Positions 1-9,321 of a stretch of DNA of 64,000 nt are shown in pieces. The notes beneath the pieces were generated by a model. That model ran no database searches and was not told the DNA's origin. It was given only the letters and a program-made list of their open reading frames with translations. Position numbers and translations under genes: made by a program. Position 1 is the stretch's first letter. Each line of letters begins with the position of its first letter. This DNA is from Flavobacteriales bacterium (GTDB taxonomy: Bacteria; Bacteroidota; Bacteroidia; Flavobacteriales_D; Sanyastnellaceae). Where the stretch lies: positions 473-64,472 of the forward strand of contig JAKMCW010000068.1 of the NCBI GenBank assembly GCA_022428205.1, in the 5' to 3' direction.

Positions 1-1
1 A

Positions 2-640
2 GGCGCCTCGTTTGGCATGTCTCAGGACAACCAAGCCATCTTACCCGTTGGGGAAATCCGCGCCCGATTCTCGGGACGCAGGACCAGCTACTCGGTGCAA
101 GTGCGGGCCCCGGATCCCGAAGCCATTGGCGCACTGTCCGAAGTCGTCACCGGCGAAATGCGCGCCATCCGCGGAGACCTCCCCGGCGAGCCCGACAGCT
201 TCCGCATACAGCGATCGGACGCCCTCATTGCCCAGTTCAACGAAGGCTTGAGCAGCGTGACGCTTGCGGCCTTGTTTCTCGGACTGATCACCCTGCTCGG
301 CTCCTCCATCGGCCTCACCAACATCATGCTGGTCACCGTCACCGAACGCACCCGTGAAATCGGACTCCGCAAAGCACTCGGGGCCTCAGCCAAGACCATT
401 CGGGCCCAATTCCTGGTGGAAGTGGTCTTGATCGGCATCCTCGGCGGCATAGTTGGGGTCCTGCTCGGCGTGGGTGTGGGCAATGTGGTTGCGGGGTATC
501 TCAACGCGCCTTTTGCTTTGCCCTGGGGCTGGGTCGCTGTCGCATTGGCCCTGAGCGGCATGGTCAGCCTCGCCAGCGGTTATTACCCTGCCCGCAAGGC
601 CTCGCAGCTCGACCCCATCGACGCGTTGCGGCACGCTTGA
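2..640 (+). CDS. ABC transporter permease, FtsX/MacB type, C-terminal part (5' end outside window)
   Basis: Frame is open to the window edge. Translation contains MLVTVTERTREIGLRKALGASAKTIRAQFL, then hydrophobic helices and GYYPARKASQLDPIDALRHA, the canonical FtsX C-terminal module. Confidence 0.85.
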   Translation, partial: GASFGMSQDNQAILPVGEIRARFSGRRTSYSVQVRAPDPEAIGALSEVVTGEMRAIRGDLPGEPDSFRIQRSDALIAQFNEGLSSVTLAALFLGLITLLGSSIGLTNIMLVTVTERTREIGLRKALGASAKTIRAQFLVEVVLIGILGGIVGVLLGVGVGNVVAGYLNAPFALPWGWVAVALALSGMVSLASGYYPARKASQLDPIDALRHA

Positions 641-707
641 CGACCAAGCCCAAGGCAATTCCTTCACTGACACTGCCCCCCGTCTCGGCCGCCTTATTTT
701 TGCAGCG

Positions 708-1727
708 ATGTCGGCCACTGCTGCAAATTCAGTCTCCTGGATCATGAGGAAGCCCCGGAGCCTCGGGAATTTCAGCATAGAAACATCCTACCGCACCATG
801 CACGGTGCATGGCCAACTGACACCGAGAAACCCCACATTCATGTTGCCAGTCGGTTCACATCTGGCCTGTTGAACCGATGGAAAATCTGGAGGGAAGTCA
901 AACAACTCCCCTACGACATCGTCCACATCACCGGCGACATTCATTTCACGGCCATCGCCATGAAAAGGCGCATGACGGTCCTCACCATTCACGACCTCGG
1001 CTTGCTTGATGAAGGCAACGCCGTCAAACGTTGGCTGAAAAAGAAATTCTGGCTGGACCTGCCCCTGAAATCTTGCGACAGGCTCATCGCCGTCTCCGAA
1101 CGCACCAAAGAGGACATCCTCTCCCGCACCTCCTACCCTTCAGAGCACATCACGGTGATTCCCAGTGTCATCTCGCCACGCTACACCGTCAGGGAATCCC
1201 TTCCCCACAACGCCAAGCCACAGGTGCTGCACATCGGGTTGGCCGACAACAAAAACCTCGATCGCCACGCCGCCGCCCTGTCCGAGCTCGATGTGCACTT
1301 GCGCATCATCGGTGAGCCTTCTGCCGAACAGCACGCCATGCTGCAGCGGCACGGCGTAGAATACAGCCACGCTTCCAAACTTTCCGAAGCTGAACTTCAG
1401 GCGGAATACGCCCAGTCCGACATCCTCCTTTTTTGCTCGACGCTGGAAGGTTTCGGCATGCCCATCATCGAGGCCCAGACCATCGGCCTCCCTGTGATCA
1501 CAAGTGACTTGGCCCCCATGGACGATACAGCTGGTGATGGAGCGCTTTTGGTCGACCCTACCGACGTGGGCGCCATACGGGCAGCCGTCAAGGCCGTCAC
1601 CGAAGACGACGACACCCGGGATGCCCTGATCAGCAAAGGGTTTATCAATGCCGAGCGGTTCTCACCAGCCTACGCGGCACAACGGCACGCAGCGCTCTAC
1701 ACAGCGCTGATGCAGACCAAGGCCTGA
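708..1727 (+). CDS. glycosyltransferase, GT-B fold (family 4-like)
   Basis: 339-aa ORF with ATG at 708. The C-terminal half carries the GT4-type motif STLEGFGMPIIEAQTIGLPVITSD. Confidence 0.8.
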   Translation: MSATAANSVSWIMRKPRSLGNFSIETSYRTMHGAWPTDTEKPHIHVASRFTSGLLNRWKIWREVKQLPYDIVHITGDIHFTAIAMKRRMTVLTIHDLGLLDEGNAVKRWLKKKFWLDLPLKSCDRLIAVSERTKEDILSRTSYPSEHITVIPSVISPRYTVRESLPHNAKPQVLHIGLADNKNLDRHAAALSELDVHLRIIGEPSAEQHAMLQRHGVEYSHASKLSEAELQAEYAQSDILLFCSTLEGFGMPIIEAQTIGLPVITSDLAPMDDTAGDGALLVDPTDVGAIRAAVKAVTEDDDTRDALISKGFINAERFSPAYAAQRHAALYTALMQTKA

Positions 1728-1733
1728 GCCGCT

Positions 1734-3245
1734 TTAAATCCGGGACTGCAAGAAGCGCTGCACTTCAAACCAGCGCTCCGGCTTCAACACAATCTTGCCC
1801 TCCTTGTCCAACAAGAAATAAGTGGGCGTCTGCGTGATTTTGTAGTCATCGGTGATGGGGGCGTCCCAACCTTTGAGCTGGCTAACGTTCGGCCACGGAA
1901 TCTGGTTGGCTTGGATCGCCTTGGTCCAGGCCACTTTCTGCTGGTCCACGGAAATCCCGATGACACCAAACCCGCGGGGGTTCATATCCTGGTAGAGGGG
2001 CACGAGGTTCGGGATTTCTTGCTCGCACTTGTGGCACCAACTGGCCCAGAACATGACGAGGGTGTACTCGTGCTTGGCCACCTCTTCCGAGAGGTCCACC
2101 ATCTTGCCATTGACATCCGGAATCCTGAAGTTGGGCGGGGTGTTGCCCACACGAAGGTTGATGATGCCCTGTGCCCGCTGGCGGATCACGTCAGACAGGT
2201 TGGCACCGCAGTCCTCATCGAAGATGTAATTGTCGAGGATGTACTGGCAAATGGTCTCCTTTCCCGTGTTGTAGAAACCGTCCAACATGTTGTAGAGGAC
2301 GAATTCCAATGCGATGGGGTTCTCCTCACAACTCGCCTTGACAATGTCCACGCAACTGAGAAAGCCCGAGTCCTTGCCACCACTAAAAGTCCGCATCATG
2401 GATTGAATGCGATCGGGCAATGCCATGGAGCGCACCAAGCTGTTGTCGGTGACGTCCAAGTCGCTCAAAAAGGTCCCCTTGTCCCCGATGAACTTGGGCT
2501 GCTTCCAAGTGAGGAACTTGGCGAGATAGGTTCCGGGGTAGTCCTGGATGAATTTGTGCTGGGTGCGGGCGAGTTCGTCTTCCTTGAGCTTCACCTGACG
2601 CTTGGTCTCTTCTTCCTTGCCTTTGCCCTGCTTGTACAGCTGGCGGATCTGATTTTTGTTGGCCCCTTCTGCGCCGCGGTAGGCAAACCAACCTCGGTTC
2701 TCCCGGCTCTCTGTACCCCCGCCAATGAGGCGTGCATTTTGGAAGTCAATCTTGAGCACAGGCTCATCCGGATTCATGATGATGTCCGCCGTCTTTTTGT
2801 TGGCATCGAAGCCCAACCCGTAAAATCCGCGTCCTACCTCTACAGCGCCAAAGTCAAATTGACCGTTGACCAGGGTGGCGGAGTCAATGGGCGCAATGTT
2901 GCGGCCCTCGGTCTCGAAGAGGTACAACTTGCCCGAACGGTTTTGGATGCTGCCGGAGAAACGCACTTCTCCCACTTTGTCGCCGCGGTTGGCGTCGTCA
3001 ATGCCATCGAGGTAATTGGGGTTTACTGTGCCGCCGCCTGAAACTTGTTGACTGGCATCATCCGAGGGAGCAGGGGCACTGGGCGCCGCTTGCGCCGCGT
3101 TTTGCTGCACTTGGGCCGCCAAGGCTGCTCCTGGGTCCACTTTTCGGGTCGGCTTTCCTGAGGACGCGTTGTCCGCGCAGGAAGTAAACATGAGAAGGGA
3201 AAGGCTGAGTGAAATCCACATGACTTTCTGGGTCTGCATTTGCAT
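1734..3245 (-). CDS. TlpA-like thiol:disulfide oxidoreductase lipoprotein (thioredoxin fold, long N-terminal domain)
   Basis: C-terminal motif FWASWCHKCEQEIPNL (CxxC). Start moved to the internal ATG at 3245, giving MQMQTQKVMWISLSLSLLMFTSC, a lipoprotein-type signal. Confidence 0.8.
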   Translation of the reverse strand: MQMQTQKVMWISLSLSLLMFTSCADNASSGKPTRKVDPGAALAAQVQQNAAQAAPSAPAPSDDASQQVSGGGTVNPNYLDGIDDANRGDKVGEVRFSGSIQNRSGKLYLFETEGRNIAPIDSATLVNGQFDFGAVEVGRGFYGLGFDANKKTADIIMNPDEPVLKIDFQNARLIGGGTESRENRGWFAYRGAEGANKNQIRQLYKQGKGKEEETKRQVKLKEDELARTQHKFIQDYPGTYLAKFLTWKQPKFIGDKGTFLSDLDVTDNSLVRSMALPDRIQSMMRTFSGGKDSGFLSCVDIVKASCEENPIALEFVLYNMLDGFYNTGKETICQYILDNYIFDEDCGANLSDVIRQRAQGIINLRVGNTPPNFRIPDVNGKMVDLSEEVAKHEYTLVMFWASWCHKCEQEIPNLVPLYQDMNPRGFGVIGISVDQQKVAWTKAIQANQIPWPNVSQLKGWDAPITDDYKITQTPTYFLLDKEGKIVLKPERWFEVQRFLQSRI

Positions 3246-3368
3246 GCCTAAAAATAGCCCTACCAATGGCGTGTGTCCAAGCCCCGGCGCACCGTGACCA
3301 ACGAAAGAACGTGAATTACGCGGGCGAGATCTGGGCACCTCCCTTTCCGCCTTTTGTAACTTGGTTCA

Positions 3369-3950
3369 ATGGAACGCCAGACTGCCCTGCTCGTATTGCA
3401 GCTTCCCGATGCGCCAACGGTGGAGGAAATCCACGATGCGTTCGAAGCCCACGTGTTTGGACTGCGCGACTTCCTCTTCAGACAGACCGTCATCCCTCAA
3501 GTCTTTCGGGCCAAGGTGGACCGCCTTCTGACCGCCTCCGAAGTGGGTGAAACCCTCGGGGTCGAACTCTCTTGCCTCGATGGGACCCTGCCCGAAATGC
3601 TTCCGCTTGAGGGCACAGCCGACCAAGTCGTCCGGCTGCATGCCACCAACGTCGGCCGGTTGCGGACCGCCATGGCGGCCACCCTCGATCCAAATTGCCT
3701 GACCCGTTTCGGCGAATGTCTCGTCCGGATTCAACAACAATACGTCCGATGGATGTCAGAATGGGCGGCGGAACGCCACCTCGAAGGAGTACACAATCGC
3801 CCCATGCGGGACGAGTGGACTCCGGACGAATTTGCTGCAGCCCTGGAGGCCGAGCGCACGGGTCAGAGCTTAGAAGGGGCCACGCAGCAGCGACTGGCAG
3901 AAGAATTCTTGAGGTTGCGCAGCTTGGACCTGGCGAACATGGTCGCTTGA
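3369..3950 (+). CDS. hypothetical protein (acidic, no recognisable motif)
   Basis: 193-aa ATG-initiated ORF that exactly fills the gap between the TlpA-like gene and ppx. G/C-rich third codon positions resemble neighbouring genes. Confidence 0.45.
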   Translation: MERQTALLVLQLPDAPTVEEIHDAFEAHVFGLRDFLFRQTVIPQVFRAKVDRLLTASEVGETLGVELSCLDGTLPEMLPLEGTADQVVRLHATNVGRLRTAMAATLDPNCLTRFGECLVRIQQQYVRWMSEWAAERHLEGVHNRPMRDEWTPDEFAAALEAERTGQSLEGATQQRLAEEFLRLRSLDLANMVA

Positions 3951-4838
3951 TCAGTCCCGCTGCAAATCAGCGTACAGGCCCAAGATGATGCCATCGGCGA
4001 GCCCCACCTTGGGCACGAGTATGCCTTGTGTCCCCACCATTTTCATCGTTCGCAAATAGATGCGGCCCGCTGGCACCACCACATCCGCCCGGTCTGGCTT
4101 CAACTGAAAACGCGACAACCGCTCATCGTAGCTGCACCGGTCCAAAACCTCGACCAAAGAAGCCAACCGGCCCAACGGCAAAGTGTCGCCCCCCAAACAG
4201 CCAGCCAGCTTGAACAGCCGGTTGATGTTGCCCCCCGCACCGATGGCCATTGCATCCTTGAGCCCGTGATCGCGGACCAAGCGGGAACACCAATCGGACA
4301 TGTCATCCCAGACCCGTTCGTCCACCTTTCCCTTGAGCAAGCGCACAGAACCGACCTTGAAACTGCGCCCTTCCACCCGGGTGCCTTGTCGAATCAAAGT
4401 GAGCTCTGTAGAACCGCCTCCTACATCGATGTATAGGTAATCCTTCTCCCGATCAAAGAGGCTCACCTCGAAATTGGAGAAGATCAAATCAGCCTCTGTC
4501 TTGCCCCCGATAAGCTCCAATTGGATGCCCGTAGCCGCAGTCAGCCGGTCGGCAACCTCAGCACCATTGGATGCCTCGCGCATCGCACTGGTCGCACAAG
4601 CGCGGAAAGCCTTCACGTTCATGGCTTTTATCAAAGCCGAAAACCCCTCCAGGGCATGGCCCAACCGTTCCTCCTTGTCCTTACCAATGGCCCCTGTGCC
4701 AAAAACATCTTCACCCAGCCGGATGGGCACACGCGTGTGCGCCACCTTGCTCACCTGAAGCTTTCCGGGCTTTCCGGAAATCTCCTTGACAATCAAGCGC
4801 ACGGCATTTGAGCCGATGTCAATCGCTCCCAGCCTCAT
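3951..4838 (-). CDS. ppx: exopolyphosphatase, Ppx/GppA family
   Basis: N-terminus MRLGAIDIGSNAVRLIVKEI and DVGGGSTEL are actin-like ATPase motifs of Ppx/GppA. Its ATG overlaps the ppk1 stop (ATGA at 4835-4838). Confidence 0.85.
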   Translation of the reverse strand: MRLGAIDIGSNAVRLIVKEISGKPGKLQVSKVAHTRVPIRLGEDVFGTGAIGKDKEERLGHALEGFSALIKAMNVKAFRACATSAMREASNGAEVADRLTAATGIQLELIGGKTEADLIFSNFEVSLFDREKDYLYIDVGGGSTELTLIRQGTRVEGRSFKVGSVRLLKGKVDERVWDDMSDWCSRLVRDHGLKDAMAIGAGGNINRLFKLAGCLGGDTLPLGRLASLVEVLDRCSYDERLSRFQLKPDRADVVVPAGRIYLRTMKMVGTQGILVPKVGLADGIILGLYADLQRD

Positions 4839-6970
4839 CCCCTGTCCTTGAGTTGGCGCTCATAAAAGGTGTAGATCACCTTGTGGGCTTCCAGCGGCTG
4901 CTCATCCTGGCCGGTTTTGACATACTTGTTGCGCTGTTTTTTGTCGATGCGACGGCGCTTCACATTGTCCTTGATCTGCGCCTCGAGCATGGCGGAAATT
5001 TCCGCTTGAAGGGAAGGATCATAAATAGGGGTACTCACCTCTATCCTGCGGTCCAGGTTGCGGGTCATCCAGTCGGCACTGGAGATATAGAATTCCGGCT
5101 TCCCACCAGCGCCAAAGGCGACGACTCGGGCATGCTCCAAGAACCGCCCGACCACACTGTACGCCTGAATGTGGTCGCTCAAACCGGTGACCCCTGCGCG
5201 CAACGCACAGGTGCCCCGAACCAACAAGGTTACCTCCACGCCCGCCTGACTCGCCTCGTAAAGTTTGCGGATCATACCGGCATCCGTGAGGTTGTTGCAT
5301 TTCAAGACCATCCAAGCGCTTCTTCCGGCGAGGGCCTCTTTGATCTCGCGGTCAATCATTTGACTGAACCTCCTGCGGGTGCTGTACGGCGAGACGATGA
5401 GGTGGCGGTATACCCCGCGCTGATAGTTGTGCTCGAAGAACTGAAACAAGCGCTCCACCTCCGAAGCGATGCGGCGGTCTGCTGTCAGCAGCGAAAGGTC
5501 ACTAAACACCCCTGAGGTGGCCTCATTAAAATTGCCCGTGCCCACGTGCGCATATTGCCGCAAACTCCGCCCCTCTTTGCGGGTAATCAGCATGAGCTTC
5601 GAATGCGTCTTGAGCCCGGCTACGCCGAAAATCACCTGTATGCCCGCCTCCTGAAGTTCGCGGGTCACCTTGATGTTGTTGCGCTCATCGAAACGCGCCT
5701 GCAACTCAATCACCACCTGCACCTCTTTGCCATTGAGGGCTGCACTGGTCAGCGCATTGATGATGTGTGAATTCCTCGCGACACGGTAGAGGTTGATCCG
5801 AATGGCCGTGACCTTGGGGTCGATGGCCGCCTCGCGCAGCATGTCGACCAACTGGGAGAAAGCGTGATAGGGATAGTGCAACAGGATGTCGCGCTTGGCC
5901 ACCTGATCCAAAATGCTTCGGCGGTTGGCCAAATGCCGGTGCGGCAGGGGTTGAAGTTTCTTGAAGACAAGGTCTGGTCGGCCCAAGTCAGGGAAGTCCA
6001 TCAGGTCCCGCCGGTTGTGGTAACGGCCTCCAGGAATAATGTTGGCCTGCTCGACTACACCGAGCTTGCGCACCAAGAATTTCAACAGGTCCTCTGGCAT
6101 CTCCCGGTCAAACAACAAGCGCACATAATCGCCGTGTTTCCGGCGGGCAATGCCCTTTTTCATCTTCTCGAGGAGCGACTTGGACAGGTCGTCGTCCATG
6201 TCGATTTCTGCGTCACGGGTCACCTTGATCGCATAGGCAGACACCGCTTCAGGCTGGAAGGTGGCAAACAAACGGGGCAACCCTGCACGCACCACATCGT
6301 CGAGGAACATCAGGCCCCTACGCCCGTTTTTTTCGGGCAATTCCAAAAACCGGTCCAGGTGGTCTGGAAGCTCCAATAGGGCAAAGCGCGCCCGCTTGGA
6401 AACATCCCCCTTCAGGGCGATGGTGAGGTACACCAAGCCATCCTTGAGCTCGGGCACCCCGACATCCGAAATCAGAATCGGCACGAGGTGAGGCCGGACC
6501 GCCTGGTCGAAATAGCCTTGGACAAACAAGGCCTGATCCTCATCGAGCGCCGCTTCTGTGAGGATGTCAATACCCTCTCCTGACAATTGACCCTCGAGGT
6601 CCTCAAAAGCCTGGTTGTATCGGACCTGCATCTCAATCACCCGCTCGGACACCGAGTCCAGCGTCTCACTGACGCCAAAACCCAATGTGGTCGAGGTGCG
6701 CTTGCCCAAGGCGTCAATGCGCTGCAACGCCGCCACCCTCACCCGGAAGAATTCGTCCAGGTTGTTGGAGAAAATGCCCAAGAAGCGCATGCGCTCAATC
6801 AGAGGCACACGCTTGTCTTCGGCCTCTTGCAGCACCCGTTCGTTGAACGACAGCCAGCTCAGCTCACGGTTGAAGAATTCCTCCTCTGGCGACAATATGG
6901 CCGCAGCACGGCGGCGGGGGGAATTGGTCTTCTTTGCGGTCACGTTTGCGAAGATACTTTCGCACCGCAA
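4835..6970 (-). CDS. ppk1: polyphosphate kinase 1
   Basis: FFNRELSWLSFNERVLQEA near the N-terminus, THSKLMLITRKE (PLD-like HKD motif), ~700 aa. There is no ATG upstream of the conserved N-terminal motif; candidate starts are TTG 6970 or GTG 6943. Confidence 0.9.
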   Translation of the reverse strand: MRCESIFANVTAKKTNSPRRRAAAILSPEEEFFNRELSWLSFNERVLQEAEDKRVPLIERMRFLGIFSNNLDEFFRVRVAALQRIDALGKRTSTTLGFGVSETLDSVSERVIEMQVRYNQAFEDLEGQLSGEGIDILTEAALDEDQALFVQGYFDQAVRPHLVPILISDVGVPELKDGLVYLTIALKGDVSKRARFALLELPDHLDRFLELPEKNGRRGLMFLDDVVRAGLPRLFATFQPEAVSAYAIKVTRDAEIDMDDDLSKSLLEKMKKGIARRKHGDYVRLLFDREMPEDLLKFLVRKLGVVEQANIIPGGRYHNRRDLMDFPDLGRPDLVFKKLQPLPHRHLANRRSILDQVAKRDILLHYPYHAFSQLVDMLREAAIDPKVTAIRINLYRVARNSHIINALTSAALNGKEVQVVIELQARFDERNNIKVTRELQEAGIQVIFGVAGLKTHSKLMLITRKEGRSLRQYAHVGTGNFNEATSGVFSDLSLLTADRRIASEVERLFQFFEHNYQRGVYRHLIVSPYSTRRRFSQMIDREIKEALAGRSAWMVLKCNNLTDAGMIRKLYEASQAGVEVTLLVRGTCALRAGVTGLSDHIQAYSVVGRFLEHARVVAFGAGGKPEFYISSADWMTRNLDRRIEVSTPIYDPSLQAEISAMLEAQIKDNVKRRRIDKKQRNKYVKTGQDEQPLEAHKVIYTFYERQLKDRG

Positions 6971-7038
6971 GCACAGGGGACCCTCCCCGCGAACAATTCC
7001 TGTACACCGCCACTTCTCTTCGCAAGATTCCCCGCTCC

Positions 7039-7605
7039 ATGACCATGCTCGGCAAACCCGCCCCGGAATTCACCGCCACCGCCATCGTCGATGGCAAGGT
7101 GGTCCGCGACTTCTCCCTCCAACAATTCCGCGACCAGTATGTGGTCCTGTTTTTCTACCCTGAAGACTTCACCTCGGTGTGCCAATCCGAGGTCCATGCC
7201 TTTCAAGAGCGCCTGGGCGACTTTGCCGAACGCGAAGCCGTTGTGGTTGGGTGCAGCGTCAATTCCGCGACGACCCACCTACAATTCCTCAAGACCCCCG
7301 CTACAGAGGGCGGCGCCCAAGGCGTGACCTACCCCCTCATCGCGGACATGAACCGCAACGTATCCGATCGCTTCGGCACCTTAGATGGCCAATACGATTA
7401 CGATGAATACGGCCGCTTGACCGCCACCTCAGACCTGCTCTGCCAGCGCGGCCTGTTCATCCTCGACAAGTCCGGAACGATTTGGTTCCAGTCTTACCAC
7501 TTCAAGCCCATCGGCCGGGACATCGACGGGGTCATCCGCGAACTCGACGCCATCCGCCGCCTCCAAATCGAAGGCCAAGTGTGCATGGCCGGCTGGAAGG
7601 GCTGA
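7039..7605 (+). CDS. peroxiredoxin (typical 2-Cys / AhpC-Prx1-like)
   Basis: MTMLGKPAPEFTATAIVDGK...VVLFFYPEDFTSVCQSEV contains the peroxidatic-Cys motif. Start set to ATG 7039 instead of the ORF-track start at 6934. Confidence 0.9.
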   Translation: MTMLGKPAPEFTATAIVDGKVVRDFSLQQFRDQYVVLFFYPEDFTSVCQSEVHAFQERLGDFAEREAVVVGCSVNSATTHLQFLKTPATEGGAQGVTYPLIADMNRNVSDRFGTLDGQYDYDEYGRLTATSDLLCQRGLFILDKSGTIWFQSYHFKPIGRDIDGVIRELDAIRRLQIEGQVCMAGWKG

Positions 7606-7608
7606 GGC

Positions 7609-8052
7609 TCAGGCCTCTATGAGCCACCGGCGGATATAGGACTCCATGCGTTCTGCGGTGGCGTGGGCGCAACGCATCTCAACGCTGCCCGATGTCATCA
7701 CACCTTTCCCATCGGACCAACCGCACCAGAGGGTCAGCAGGTCCTGCATGCCCTCGGGAACGCGGGTGATGCCGCTGACATCCCCGTGCCTCAATGGGGC
7801 CCCATACACTTCAAGCCTGCTGCGGAAATACAAGATGGCCCCCTCTTTTGTGCGCTCAAAGTTGCAGGCTGTGCGTGCAGATTCCGCACCTACGAGCTCC
7901 GCTACTTCGCCGGAGCCTCCGACCAGTTCGGCGCGGGGTGAACCTGTACCGCCGGCCTTCACCGAGGCCCAAAAACCCAGCGGCTTGCCTGAAATGGCGT
8001 GGACTTCGGCCCAGCGGCGGGGGTCATTATAGGTCAAGTTCCAAAGTCGCAT
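7609..8052 (-). CDS. hypothetical protein downstream of the Cry-DASH-like gene
   Basis: Only long same-strand ORF in the 420-nt gap between the peroxiredoxin and the Cry-DASH-like gene. Candidate ATGs at 8085 and 8052 both overlap the 3' end of the upstream gene. No motif recognised. Confidence 0.35.
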   Translation of the reverse strand: MRLWNLTYNDPRRWAEVHAISGKPLGFWASVKAGGTGSPRAELVGGSGEVAELVGAESARTACNFERTKEGAILYFRSRLEVYGAPLRHGDVSGITRVPEGMQDLLTLWCGWSDGKGVMTSGSVEMRCAHATAERMESYIRRWLIEA

Positions 8053-9319
8053 GGCTCCAGTGGCGTCGGTATTTGCCGTCCGCATCGTAGCGTTCGGCCT
8101 GTCCTAATGTGTTGAACTTGCGGTTCGGGCGCGGGTCGTTGCCGACACCCGCCACATAAATCCAGTTGCCATAGTTGCTGGCCGGATCATGGTCGAGCAG
8201 CATGTGCTCGAACCAACTGGCGCCGAGCCGCCAATCGACGCCGAGGTCGTGGACGAGGTAGCTGGCCACGTTTTGACGGCCGCGGTTGGACATGAAGCCC
8301 GTAGCCGCCAGCTCACGCATGTTGGCGTTGACGAAATCACACTTTGTGCGGCCCTCACACCAAGCTTCAAAAACCCGGCGATCCTGGCGCCACTTGGGCG
8401 ACTCCGTCTTGATGCCGCGCTTGTGAAAGATGCGGTTGCCGTAGCGCATGGCCACGTAGCGGAAATAATCCCGCCAAATCAATTCAAAGAGGAGCCAATA
8501 GGTGTCCTCGTTTTTCTCAACCTCCTTTTCAAAGGCCCGCACTTGGGCGTGAATTTCCCGCGGGCTGATACAGCCAAGGGCCAACCATGGCGAAAATTTG
8601 GAACTGTAGTCAGCACCGAGGAGCCCGTTGCGCGTCTTCTTGTAGACCCGCAGCTTTTTGGTGTCCCAGAAATAATGGTCGAGCCGCTCCCAAGCCGCTG
8701 CTGCCCCGCCTTTGAAGGGCAGCACGCCGCGTGCATCGGCCACTTGGGGCTCCACCCCGAGATCTGCAAAAGTAGGAACGGCATCACCCTGCACCCCTTC
8801 CGGCACCTGTAGCCCTTCCGGCTCGGGCAAGGGGTCGCGGACCTCAGAACGCTTTTCCATCTTGCCCCTGAACCGCGTGAAGACATCGGGCAACTGCTCG
8901 AGCTCGAATGGCAGGTCATCGGGATGGTACATCGTCAACTGCTCTGTCAACCGCAGGTCGAGCACCTCCCCCACTTGGATTTCACGGTCGAGCTCTTCGC
9001 GGGTGTGTTCGGCCGTTGCAAATACCGTTTGCGCTCCGTGCTCCTCAGCCAACCCCTTTAGGACTTTAGCCGGCGTACCTCGCCGAATAAGCAAGGTCCC
9101 CCCCATGTCTTCGAGGTCTGCCTTCAGGTCGGCCAACGCTTCGATCAGAAACCGAGAGCGAAACGGTCCGGTCTTGACCTGACCCCACCGGTCTTTCGCC
9201 CAATAGTGCGGGTCAACCACAAAGACGGGAATCACCTCTGTCGAGGCTTTCACGGCCGCATTGAGGGTCGCATTGTCAGTGACCCGCAGGTCGTTTCGGA
9301 ACCAAATCAGGCTGCGCAT
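8027..9319 (-). CDS. cryptochrome/photolyase family protein, Cry-DASH-like
   Basis: MRSLIWFRNDLRVTDNATL N-terminus, FRSRFLIEALADLKADLEDMGGTLLIRRGTP, C-terminal FAD-binding region, ~430 aa as in DASH-type members. Confidence 0.75.
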   Translation of the reverse strand: MRSLIWFRNDLRVTDNATLNAAVKASTEVIPVFVVDPHYWAKDRWGQVKTGPFRSRFLIEALADLKADLEDMGGTLLIRRGTPAKVLKGLAEEHGAQTVFATAEHTREELDREIQVGEVLDLRLTEQLTMYHPDDLPFELEQLPDVFTRFRGKMEKRSEVRDPLPEPEGLQVPEGVQGDAVPTFADLGVEPQVADARGVLPFKGGAAAAWERLDHYFWDTKKLRVYKKTRNGLLGADYSSKFSPWLALGCISPREIHAQVRAFEKEVEKNEDTYWLLFELIWRDYFRYVAMRYGNRIFHKRGIKTESPKWRQDRRVFEAWCEGRTKCDFVNANMRELAATGFMSNRGRQNVASYLVHDLGVDWRLGASWFEHMLLDHDPASNYGNWIYVAGVGNDPRPNRKFNTLGQAERYDADGKYRRHWSHATLELDL

Positions 9320-9321
9320 GG

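Noticed and set aside
1911-3041. 376-aa ORF on the + strand
   Set aside because: It is entirely antisense to the well-supported TlpA-like gene. The translation is low-complexity, rich in V/G/H/L/A, with no motifs. This is a typical shadow ORF of GC-rich coding DNA.
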